Assembly (NCBI GenBank): GCA_964350645.1
Contig: CAYGJY010000001.1
Coordinates: forward strand, 208,621-272,620
Reading direction: 5' to 3'
Source of the DNA: an uncultured Candidatus Saccharibacteria bacterium
GTDB taxonomy: Bacteria; Patescibacteriota; Minisyncoccia; Phycocordibacterales; UBA918
DNA length: 64,000 nt
The position numbers were made by a program, and so were the translations under genes. The notes under the pieces are model-generated. The model was not told where the DNA came from. It worked only from the letters and a program-made list of their open reading frames with translations, and did no database searches. Below, in pieces: positions 19,762 through 28,320 of this stretch (position 1 is the stretch's first letter; each line of letters begins with the position of its first letter).

Positions 19762-21327
19762 GTGTTATTATTAAAGCAACGTATGGTGGATGCCCAGCAT
19801 AGTTCTTCAGGTGGTGGTTCTTCGGTGTCGATGACACGCTCTTTTGATGTGTCGGTCGAAGGCGATCTCTTAAAATTACTTCAGTTTATCCGTCGCGGAC
19901 CAGTGCCACAGATATTGCAAGCTGGTTTTCGTGATGCAGTCTTAGATTATTCTCAAACAAAAGATCCGACTCTGCTTGATGGATTAGTCGCTGAATTGAC
20001 AAAGCACAATGTAATAGTGCAGGCAGCTGGAGTAAATTTAGGACAACCAGTAATGGCAACACCAACACCTGTAACTGCTTCTTCAGCACAACCGATCGTC
20101 GCTAAGCAGCCGGCGATAGGTGCAAAACGCCCCCGACCAGTCTTTGGAGCCACTGCTCGAGTTAGCGATACTCAGGCTCCGTCTGAGTCAGTCAGCAAGC
20201 CGACCGCTGAACCTTCTGTGCCTGCACCGACACATACCGAAGTTAAAAAAGTTTCAGTAACTTCTGTTGAACCAGCTGTTCCCAATTCTGCTGCAGAAGA
20301 ACCTGTTGTTGTAGATGACACATCAGTCGCAGGTCAGACTGAGATTCGTAGTGAAGATGTAACTTTACCAGAAGCTCCCTCTGTTTCTGAAGTGGTGCCC
20401 GAAGTTTCATCCTCACCAGCAAATGCTGCTGATCCATTGACACGCATCAAAGAGATTAAGAAGTTGATTAATGAAAAGGTGGGTAATCCAGTTAATTTGA
20501 TTGATGCTAATAATGAAGTTGGACGCGAGTATATGAACGCTCTCCTGAATGCCATGAAAGTGATCAATGGCGGCACTCCTGATGAAGTAACACTTGCGAT
20601 GGATCGTCTTGAGAAGGCATTTGCAACTGTTGAAGAATCAATTTCTTCTGGTGAGACAGTAATTGGCAGTCTTCCTGCTACAACACCAGGCGTACCTCTT
20701 ACACCAGATGCACCTGCTGCGACAGCACCAGCAGCTGAACCGTCACCGGCTCCAGCAGTACCAGCGCAACCAGCCGATGCACCAATTTCAACTCCAGTCT
20801 CACCAGTATCTGCAACTCCTGCAGTGCCGCCAGTTCCTGTTGCACCACCTACTTCAGTGCCTCGGGCTGCTGCACGACCTACAACAACTCCAACGCAATC
20901 TGTAGCGGCTACATTAGCAGCGGATAATGCTTCAATCACATCACAAGCAGCCGCCAAAGCTGCAGAGCTTGCCAAAGCTGCAGAGTCAACCGCAAACGAT
21001 CCATTGCAGGCTGAGGCCATTACAGATGGGCTCAAGCAGCTTCTGGCTGAGTGGAAACTCTTTAAAGGTTCGGGTATTTTTGGTACTGGTCCAAGCGGAA
21101 TTGAAAGTGAACTGTACAAAACCTTGGCACCGCTCCCAATGGCTGCCGTGATAGCTAACCGTTTCGAAGGAGCAACACCTGAAGTTAAGCAGAGTATTGC
21201 CGACTATATGAACGGTTGGCGTTATGAACAAACGGTTGTTCACGAAATGAATGAAACTTTTGAACACTATCTCCGACGAGTAATTAAAGCCATTCTCGAT
21301 AGAAAAAATCCAACAACTGCGGCATAA
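19762..21327 (+). CDS. hypothetical protein with Pro/Ala/Thr-rich low-complexity linkers
   Basis: 521 aa; PAPAVPAQPADAP-type linkers between structured segments. Confidence 0.45.
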   Translation: MLLLKQRMVDAQHSSSGGGSSVSMTRSFDVSVEGDLLKLLQFIRRGPVPQILQAGFRDAVLDYSQTKDPTLLDGLVAELTKHNVIVQAAGVNLGQPVMATPTPVTASSAQPIVAKQPAIGAKRPRPVFGATARVSDTQAPSESVSKPTAEPSVPAPTHTEVKKVSVTSVEPAVPNSAAEEPVVVDDTSVAGQTEIRSEDVTLPEAPSVSEVVPEVSSSPANAADPLTRIKEIKKLINEKVGNPVNLIDANNEVGREYMNALLNAMKVINGGTPDEVTLAMDRLEKAFATVEESISSGETVIGSLPATTPGVPLTPDAPAATAPAAEPSPAPAVPAQPADAPISTPVSPVSATPAVPPVPVAPPTSVPRAAARPTTTPTQSVAATLAADNASITSQAAAKAAELAKAAESTANDPLQAEAITDGLKQLLAEWKLFKGSGIFGTGPSGIESELYKTLAPLPMAAVIANRFEGATPEVKQSIADYMNGWRYEQTVVHEMNETFEHYLRRVIKAILDRKNPTTAA

Positions 21328-21334
21328 TAAAGAC

Positions 21335-21952
21335 ATGACGCACGCGCGACTGTATATTGCTTCGACATATCAACTTGTACCAGAACTTGAATCACTCCTA
21401 CACCAGAGCACTGATGTAGAGCATTTTGTAGCAGAAAATTTTACTATTGCTGATGCCAGGATGTTATATAGTCGAGCTACTCTCCGGCCAGTTGAAGATT
21501 CATTACGGCAGTTTATTGTTTCTTTCGGCAGTATCACAAGCGAAGCGCAAAACGCACTATTAAAATTGTTTGAAGAGCCACCAGTAACGTCAGTATTTCA
21601 TATTGTTGTGGCTCGCGAAGATATGCTGTTGTCGACGGTGCGTTCACGATTGCAATTGGTCAGTACTGTCCACAGAGACCACGTGGTGTCTGACGTGTTT
21701 AAGGATTTTCAGCAAAGTACACTCAATGAACGTTTAGCAGCTGTCACTACGCGCACCAAGAATAAAGACCAGGCCTGGGCAGAAGCAATTGTTCTTGGTG
21801 CTGAACAAGTAATCCAGACTGATATCGCTAAGAAGGGTACAGAACTGCTCGAGACGGTTATATATATTCGACGCTATCTTGGTAAGCGGGGGGCCTCAAC
21901 TAAACTGTTATTAGAAGAATTAGCCCTTAGTATGCCGCCTGCGCAAGCCTAA
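21335..21952 (+). CDS. holB: DNA polymerase III delta' (HolB)-like, without P-loop
   Basis: NALLKLFEEPP and SRLQ (sensor) motifs; begins after the region where Walker A would lie. Confidence 0.5.
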   Translation: MTHARLYIASTYQLVPELESLLHQSTDVEHFVAENFTIADARMLYSRATLRPVEDSLRQFIVSFGSITSEAQNALLKLFEEPPVTSVFHIVVAREDMLLSTVRSRLQLVSTVHRDHVVSDVFKDFQQSTLNERLAAVTTRTKNKDQAWAEAIVLGAEQVIQTDIAKKGTELLETVIYIRRYLGKRGASTKLLLEELALSMPPAQA

Positions 21953-21979
21953 AAGGGTGTGGTACAATCACCACACTAA

Positions 21980-22531
21980 ATGCATATACATATGGATGAA
22001 CTAAAAACACGATTACAAGAATCAGTTTCCTGGCTGGGAGAGGCCTACGCAGGGATCAGGACTGGGCAAGCTGCTCCCGGACTGCTTGATGGTGTAAAGG
22101 TAGAAAATTATGGAACCCACATGCCAATCAACCAAGTGGGGAGTGTCGGGATTGAAGATGCCCGGACATTACGCATTTCGACCTGGGATGCTGGAGTCAT
22201 TCCGGCAGTTGAGAAAGCGATTCGCGACGCTGATCTTGGTGTGTCAGTTTCGACTGATTCAGCAGGTTTACGGATCTCATTTCCAGAATTGACTAGTGAA
22301 CGTCGAGGGCAGCTCTTAAAGCTCGCAAAGCAAAAACTAGAAGATGCTCGTGTCTCTGTTCGTAGTGCCCGAGACGAAATTATGAAAGATATCGATAAAG
22401 CAGAGAAAAGCGGCGACATTAGCGAAGATGAAAAATTTACGCAAAAAGAACAAGTACAGAAACTTGTTGATGACACTAATAAACAGCTGGAAGCAATTTT
22501 CACTAAAAAAGAGCAAGAACTTGCTGCTTAG
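21980..22531 (+). CDS. frr: ribosome recycling factor
   Basis: Full-length RRF colinearity. Confidence 0.9.
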   Translation: MHIHMDELKTRLQESVSWLGEAYAGIRTGQAAPGLLDGVKVENYGTHMPINQVGSVGIEDARTLRISTWDAGVIPAVEKAIRDADLGVSVSTDSAGLRISFPELTSERRGQLLKLAKQKLEDARVSVRSARDEIMKDIDKAEKSGDISEDEKFTQKEQVQKLVDDTNKQLEAIFTKKEQELAA

Positions 22532-22534
22532 CTT

Positions 22535-23632
22535 ATGACAGTTCTATTATTTCTTGGAGTTTTATTTGTCCTGATTTTGGTGCACGAATGGGGTCACTTT
22601 ATAGTCGCAAAGAAAAACGGTATCCGGGTTGATGAGTTTGGGATCGGTTTTCCACCAAAACTCTTTGGCATCAAAAAAGGTGAGACAGAGTATACCTTTA
22701 ACTTGTTACCCATTGGTGGCTTTGTAAAAATCTACGGTGAAAATGCCCAAGATGCCGCAGAAGATGCTGAGGGTGGGGAAGATATTTCTCGCTCATTTGT
22801 TGCCAAGTCAAAGTGGGCTCAAGCGGCGGTCTTGATTGCGGGTGTCACAATGAATATTTTGTTTGCCTGGTTTTTATTTATTCTAGTGTTTGCTATTGGT
22901 GTGCCAACCGCCGTTGATGAAGACGCTGCAGGGCCTGATGCTCGGTTGATTGTGTCAAACGTGTTGGCTGAAGGACCGGCAGCTGTAGCTGGTCTGCCTG
23001 CTGGAGCTGAGATTGTTTCGCTCACGAGTGGAGACGATAGCGATACTGATCTTACACCGTCATCCTTTAGTGACTTTACGACCAAACACGGAGAGCTCAC
23101 AATTGACTATAAGCTTGGAAATACTGTTGAAACTTTAGTACTTACTCCCGGTACTGGTGTACTTGAGTCTGATCCAGAGCGACCGGCGGTTGGAGTTGCT
23201 CTGGCACTTGTAGAAACCGTGCAGACACCGATTCATCTGGCAGTATACAAAGGACTGGTAACGACGCTTTCTGGTTTGAAAGACATTACGATTGGTCTTT
23301 CTTCATTGCTCTATGACACGGTGCGCGGTCAAGCAGATTTTTCCCAAGTCGCCGGGCCGGTCGGAATTGTTGGATTAGTGGGGGATGCGGCTGAATTTGG
23401 CTTTACCTCGCTCCTCATGTTTACTGCCTTTATCTCCCTCAACTTGGCAGTAATTAATATGCTTCCGTTCCCAGCCCTCGACGGTGGGCGGCTCGTGTTT
23501 GTAGCCGTCGAGAGCATTACTCGCCGCCCCATCAATCCAATCTGGGTTGCGCGTTTGAATCTTGTCGGGTTTGTGTTGTTAATTACTCTAATGTTGCTTG
23601 TCACCTACAACGACATCCTCAGAATCCTTTAA
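22535..23632 (+). CDS. rseP: RIP metalloprotease RseP (site-2 protease)
   Basis: HEWGH zinc motif in TM1, PDZ-like middle region, LDGG motif. Confidence 0.85.
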   Translation: MTVLLFLGVLFVLILVHEWGHFIVAKKNGIRVDEFGIGFPPKLFGIKKGETEYTFNLLPIGGFVKIYGENAQDAAEDAEGGEDISRSFVAKSKWAQAAVLIAGVTMNILFAWFLFILVFAIGVPTAVDEDAAGPDARLIVSNVLAEGPAAVAGLPAGAEIVSLTSGDDSDTDLTPSSFSDFTTKHGELTIDYKLGNTVETLVLTPGTGVLESDPERPAVGVALALVETVQTPIHLAVYKGLVTTLSGLKDITIGLSSLLYDTVRGQADFSQVAGPVGIVGLVGDAAEFGFTSLLMFTAFISLNLAVINMLPFPALDGGRLVFVAVESITRRPINPIWVARLNLVGFVLLITLMLLVTYNDILRIL

Positions 23633-23722
23633 AATAAAAAAGAAAACAGCCTCCACCACAGATTAGGTATATGGAACTTCGGCACAAGCCGTTTCCTTTC
23701 CTTATCTAAGTGAAAGCTGTTG

Positions 23723-23757
23723 CCCAGACGGAAGGTTTTTCCGTCTGGGGTATTTTT
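23723..23757. terminator. bidirectional terminator between rseP and the island
   Basis: cccagacggaagg-ttttt-ccgtctgggg followed by a T-run. Confidence 0.75.
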
Positions 23758-23770
23758 GTGGTTGGGATGA

Positions 23771-25846
23771 TCAGTCCCAGACCAGATTGGGCAGGTAGGA
23801 CCGGAACTCGTCGATCCACTCAAGCACCGACTCTGGCAGCCAACCCAGGTATACCAGGCCAGCCACCAAAACGACGATGCAGAGCGGGGCAACGAGCCAG
23901 GTCCAGCGCCGGTGCGTGACCAGGTTGCCTGTCTCGTCCCTCTTGTTGAGGGGGACGAGACAGGCGAACGCCAGAGCCAGGAACGCCGGGGAAAGATCGA
24001 GGACGATCTGCACCACGGCAATCATCGGCATCTCCTGCCAGTGCTTCAGGAGCGCGAAGAACGGATCCAGCGGGAAGAACTCGGGAACGATCCCTTGTTC
24101 CAGCGCCCGAAACTCGTCTCCACCACCCATGCGTTCGACTAAGGTCTCTCGCTGTTCTTTGGCACGGCTTTCGACACCTTCGATGATCCCCTGAAGCGAC
24201 GCCTGAAGCGACGCCACCTGAGCTCGAATCTGACCCCTCCTACCGGACTGACAGGATTGCCAGCCGGTGAAGAAGGCGTCGTCTTTGACCCCCTCTAGCT
24301 GTTGGTCCAGAATCCGTAGGACCGCCAGCGGTGAGTTGGCTTCGAGGGTGACGATCCGTTCGCGGAGTTGCTTGAACTCCACGCCGATCTGGCCCATATC
24401 GTCGATGAAGAGCACGCCGTCCGTCGGATTGGTGATCCGGTCACGAACCCGTTTGAGGTCCGCAATCAGGGACGGGTCCGAGAGGTTCTGGTTGCCCTCG
24501 ATGGTGGCGATGATCCGCAAGAGGTCACGCCTTTTCCCGCTGTAGAAGCGAGAGAGGTCGCCTTCACCCCGGCCGCAGACACTGCCTTGGCTGATCTCGA
24601 CGTTATAGAAGTCCTCAAAACCTCCAGCCAGGAAGCGCAGCTGATCAAGCGACGCCAGTTCTGCTTCACGCTGGGAGGCTGCCAGTTGGGCGGCCACGTC
24701 GAGCAGGTTGGTGTAGCGACGATGATCGATCTGCATCGCTTTTTCACCGCCGACACCGACTATGCCCAAGCCAGTCGAGAGGCCTATGGTGATGGGCACG
24801 ACGATGGCGAATCCGACTATGACCGCCCAGATACGCCAGAACACAGTGGTGGTGGTGATCATCAGCCGATATCCGGGGAGCCATAATCCCCAAATGATCA
24901 GCGACGCAGCCCCTGAGCAGAGAGATGAGATCGCCCATCGGTAGAACCACGAACGGTTGTCGTCCATGACCAGCCATTCAAAGCCGATCGCGGTGGTGAT
25001 CGTCGAGACGGTCATCGCCACCGCCGTGATCCAAATGAAGGTCGAAGCGAGGTCGGCTCCGGGGAGCGTGGACAGATATTCAGCCCTTGCAATCCGCCGG
25101 TCCAGAGTCCTGGCGTGGACGGCGGCTTTTTCATTTGACCGCCGTTCCCACCATTCCGCCACGCTCCGGCTGAACGCAGTCACCAGTCGCCCGCAGGCGA
25201 TCGCACTCAGGTAGATCAGATACACGATCACGCTGAGAACGATCGTCAGGAAGAGGGCGGCTAGCGCTTTGATCCACAGGTCATCAGGCAGCTGAAGCGC
25301 CGCCTTCAGACCGGTGAAGTCTTCGCCGAAGATGGTGAGGTAGGCCGTTAGGCCTCCGGTGATGACGCAGATCGTCCGCGCCCAACCGAAGCGATTGCTC
25401 GCCAGGTAGACGGCGACGGCGAAGATGATGAGACCGACCGTCCCCACCGTGAAGTGGAGCCAGTGCTGACCCGCTCCGGGCCAATTCCAGAACCACAGCG
25501 AGGCTGGGTCCTGGTGATCGAGCATCGCGCCCTGTAACGCCACTCCGCAGAGCAGCCAGACCAGGAGCGGCCCGACGACGATCCCGACATTCCGCCAGCC
25601 GAATCGGCCAGCGAAGGTCGCGAGCGCCAGGTAGGCCACTGCGAGGGCGGCAGAACCGCCCAGGAAGTAGAGCCAGTGTTCCCCGGCGCCCTCCCAGTTA
25701 AAGGGCCAGAACGACCCGTTGGTGGAATTGGTCCAGGCTCTTTGGATCATCAGGCCTGTGAAGGCCCATGCGGCAAAGATGCCGATGCCCGTCAGGGCGT
25801 GGGCGAGTGTATTGCGGCCGAAGCCGCCGTTTTGGTTCATGGACAT
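23771..25846 (-). CDS. hypothetical polytopic membrane protein, high-GC, with an internal Trp-rich duplication
   Basis: 691 aa at about 60% GC; repeated WxFNWxGAGxHWL…RFGW modules; central coiled-coil-like soluble part; C-terminal TM. Confidence 0.6.
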   Translation of the reverse strand: MSMNQNGGFGRNTLAHALTGIGIFAAWAFTGLMIQRAWTNSTNGSFWPFNWEGAGEHWLYFLGGSAALAVAYLALATFAGRFGWRNVGIVVGPLLVWLLCGVALQGAMLDHQDPASLWFWNWPGAGQHWLHFTVGTVGLIIFAVAVYLASNRFGWARTICVITGGLTAYLTIFGEDFTGLKAALQLPDDLWIKALAALFLTIVLSVIVYLIYLSAIACGRLVTAFSRSVAEWWERRSNEKAAVHARTLDRRIARAEYLSTLPGADLASTFIWITAVAMTVSTITTAIGFEWLVMDDNRSWFYRWAISSLCSGAASLIIWGLWLPGYRLMITTTTVFWRIWAVIVGFAIVVPITIGLSTGLGIVGVGGEKAMQIDHRRYTNLLDVAAQLAASQREAELASLDQLRFLAGGFEDFYNVEISQGSVCGRGEGDLSRFYSGKRRDLLRIIATIEGNQNLSDPSLIADLKRVRDRITNPTDGVLFIDDMGQIGVEFKQLRERIVTLEANSPLAVLRILDQQLEGVKDDAFFTGWQSCQSGRRGQIRAQVASLQASLQGIIEGVESRAKEQRETLVERMGGGDEFRALEQGIVPEFFPLDPFFALLKHWQEMPMIAVVQIVLDLSPAFLALAFACLVPLNKRDETGNLVTHRRWTWLVAPLCIVVLVAGLVYLGWLPESVLEWIDEFRSYLPNLVWD

Positions 25847-25874
25847 TATGTCCCTTTCTTTTACTGGGTTTAAT

Positions 25875-26117
25875 TTACTGGTTACGTCTGGTCGCGTTCA
25901 CCACGAAATTAGCGCGATTGCGGCCATTGATCTCCTTGATGTCACTCAGGAAAACCCGAGAACCCACTTTGGGCAGGTTGTTTGCAGTGCCTTTCCAGGC
26001 TGTAAGAGAGAAAGTGACTCCACTCCCATAGCCAACGGCACTGGTGACGAAATACATCTGCGGAGTTCCCGCCTGACATATTTTTGTCACCGTTGCGAGC
26101 ACCTGGTCAGTGCTCAT
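25875..26117 (-). CDS. hypothetical small protein (high-GC island)
   Basis: 81 aa from the ATG preceded by GGAGGA; the longer ORF-track form (26174) lacks an RBS. Confidence 0.4.
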   Translation of the reverse strand: MSTDQVLATVTKICQAGTPQMYFVTSAVGYGSGVTFSLTAWKGTANNLPKVGSRVFLSDIKEINGRNRANFVVNATRRNQ

Positions 26118-26162
26118 AGTTGATCCTCCGCTGTTATTTGTTGACAAAGAGCATACTTTAAA

Positions 26163-26191
26163 ATTATAACACAATTAATATAAAAAATCAA
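26163..26191 (-). promoter_or_regulatory. sigma70-like promoter (TTGATT-17-TGnTATAAT) inside the island
   Basis: Read on the minus strand in the AT-rich spacer upstream of 25875..26117. Confidence 0.45.
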
Positions 26192-26287
26192 GTATATAGT
26201 CTACTTTTAGCGCTTGCAATCTGTTCATTTTGCCAAAGGATAGTTTGGCGGACTGCGTCAGTATTTAGATACATATTTATATAGGGG

Positions 26288-26355
26288 CAGAAAAGAAGAA
26301 AGGCCTCGGCGTGGAGGAGGACAGGTCGAAACCTTTCCTCCCCACGGCTCGAGGC
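26288..26355 (-). terminator. rho-independent terminator of the 26363..26770 gene
   Basis: About 19-bp imperfect stem (gcctcggcgtggaggagga / tcctccccacggctcgaggc), then a U-rich tract on the minus strand. Confidence 0.6.
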
Positions 26356-26362
26356 CGAGGAC

Positions 26363-26770
26363 TCACCGCTTCATGGGCGGCGGCGAGGTTGTTCTCCACA
26401 ATGCCGCGACCATGACGGTCATCACCATGAAGAACGTGGATAACACCCCCCTGAACATTCCGCGCATCTCTGGCGGGACACCATCGAGCGGCGTCAGGAG
26501 GATCGCCAGAGTGGCGAGCGCGCAGAAGATCGTCCCCACGCCCCACGATCTCCCCTCATACCGGATCGGATTCTCGCAGAAAGCCCAGACCGGCCTGATG
26601 AAGATCAGGTACGTGATGTGGGCGATCCCGTAGATCGTCAGCGCGAGGTGACGGAACACCTCGCTGAAGTGGTAGGAGGTATTCTTGGCGGTGTCGATGA
26701 TCTTGTTCATTTTCAAAACCGATACGTTTTCACGCCCGGCTCCCTGATTTTGCGCGGCCCCAGTGGCCAC
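26363..26770 (-). CDS. hypothetical small membrane protein (high-GC island)
   Basis: 135-aa ORF with 3-4 hydrophobic helices; the start may be the internal Met (MNKIID…). Confidence 0.45.
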   Translation of the reverse strand: MATGAAQNQGAGRENVSVLKMNKIIDTAKNTSYHFSEVFRHLALTIYGIAHITYLIFIRPVWAFCENPIRYEGRSWGVGTIFCALATLAILLTPLDGVPPEMRGMFRGVLSTFFMVMTVMVAALWRTTSPPPMKR

Positions 26771-26964
26771 GCTCTACTTATCACTATAACACAAAATTAC
26801 TAAAAAAGCAAGTTTTGGCCTTGAATTATGGGCTGATTTTGTTTGCTAAAACAGCCAAATTCGTTAGAATAGCAGGACTATGAAGTCTTTCTACGCAACC
26901 TTGTTTCCCGTGTGGTATAGCTAATTTTCTCTCCCTTTTTATTAAAAAATCATTATTTTGAACT

Positions 26965-28218
26965 ATGCGACAATCACATTTATTTACCAAAACCCTCAAA
27001 GAAGCGCCGTCTGGCGAAGAAGCGAAGAATGCTCAGTTATTGATTCGAGCTGGCTATGTTCATAAAGAAATGGCCGGCGTCTATGCTTGGTTACCGCTAG
27101 GTCTGCGGGTACAAGAAAAGATTAAACAAATCGTCCGAGAAGAAATGAACGCCATTGGCTGTCAGGAACTCATCATGACCTCGCTGCAATCAAAAGAGCT
27201 CTGGGAGTCGACTGGTCGCTGGGATGACAGCGTAGTTGATATTTGGTTTAAGTCTGAACTGAAGGCTGGTGGGGAGGTTGCTCTGGCGTGGAGTCATGAA
27301 GAGCCGATCGGCAACATGATGAAACGGTACATCCAGAGTTATAAGGATTTACCGATCTACGTCTATCAATTTCAAAATAAACTCCGCAACGAAGTGCGCG
27401 CCAAGAGTGGCGTCATGCGTGGTCGGGAGTTTATTATGAAAGATGCGTATAGTTTTTGTATCGGCGAAGAAGATCATACCGCTATTTATGAAGCCATGAA
27501 AGTGGCGTACATGAAAGTATTCGAACGTTGTGGTATTGGCGATGACACATTCATTACCTTTGCGTCAGGGGGAGCGTTTACGAAGTTTTCTCATGAGTTT
27601 CAGACTATCTGTGAAGCGGGTGAGGATGTGAGCTTTATCAATCGAGACAAACATGTGGCCGTCAATGAGGAAGTGATGGGTGAAGAGGCCTTAGCTGAAC
27701 TGGGTGTAACAAAAGACGAACTAGAAGAAGTAAAAACTGCTGAGGTTGGGAATATCTTTAACTTCGGTCGACAGAAAGCCGAAGACCTTGGTTTGACTTT
27801 CAAAAATGAAGCTGGTGAAGACACCGCTGTTTGGATGGGTTCATACGGTATCGGGATCACTCGATTGCCAGGTGTGTTGGTGGAGAAGTTTGCTGACGAC
27901 AAAGGCATTGTCTGGCCGGAAGCGGTGGCGCCGTTTAAGGTGCACCTGGTGGCGCTTAATCTTGATGATGCAGTAATCAAAGATTATGCCGATGGCATCT
28001 ATAGCGCTATGAATAGCCGTGGAATCGAAGTTCTCTATGATGACCGGATTGAAGCTCGTCCGGGAGAAAAGTTCGCTGACTCAGATTTGATAGGCATGCC
28101 GTACCGCGTTGTAGTAAGTAAGAAGACTAAAGAGGAAGGGAAGTTTGAAGTGGTAGTACGAGCTACTGGAGAAGTGAAGTATTTGACAGAGGAGGAACTG
28201 TACGCAGATTTTGCTTAG
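26965..28218 (+). CDS. proS: prolyl-tRNA synthetase (short form)
   Basis: Class II aaRS motifs, ProRS colinearity, 417 aa. Confidence 0.85.
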   Translation: MRQSHLFTKTLKEAPSGEEAKNAQLLIRAGYVHKEMAGVYAWLPLGLRVQEKIKQIVREEMNAIGCQELIMTSLQSKELWESTGRWDDSVVDIWFKSELKAGGEVALAWSHEEPIGNMMKRYIQSYKDLPIYVYQFQNKLRNEVRAKSGVMRGREFIMKDAYSFCIGEEDHTAIYEAMKVAYMKVFERCGIGDDTFITFASGGAFTKFSHEFQTICEAGEDVSFINRDKHVAVNEEVMGEEALAELGVTKDELEEVKTAEVGNIFNFGRQKAEDLGLTFKNEAGEDTAVWMGSYGIGITRLPGVLVEKFADDKGIVWPEAVAPFKVHLVALNLDDAVIKDYADGIYSAMNSRGIEVLYDDRIEARPGEKFADSDLIGMPYRVVVSKKTKEEGKFEVVVRATGEVKYLTEEELYADFA

Positions 28219-28320
28219 TACAGTATGCACTTACTCACTTCGAGATAAACTAGAGATAAGTAAGTCGTGTTTGTGTAGAGGGGGGGGTTATAGAACAGCC
28301 GCCAAAATTCCGAAAGAATT

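Noticed and set aside
20334-21119. A 261-aa antisense ORF and several 65-80 aa ORFs overlapping the Pro/Ala-rich gene 19762..21327.
   Set aside because: They are antisense to a longer ORF with an RBS-bearing start. Low-complexity GC-rich codon repeats generate open frames on the opposite strand. The products are Ala/Gly/Ser polymers.
23877-25873. Numerous plus-strand ORFs of 60-170 aa inside the high-GC island (e.g. 24368..24886, 24957..25214, 25719..26123).
   Set aside because: They are Arg/Ser/Gly/Pro-rich, have no RBS, and are fully antisense to a coherent 691-aa membrane-protein gene. Long open frames on every strand are the expected artefact of about 60% GC DNA.
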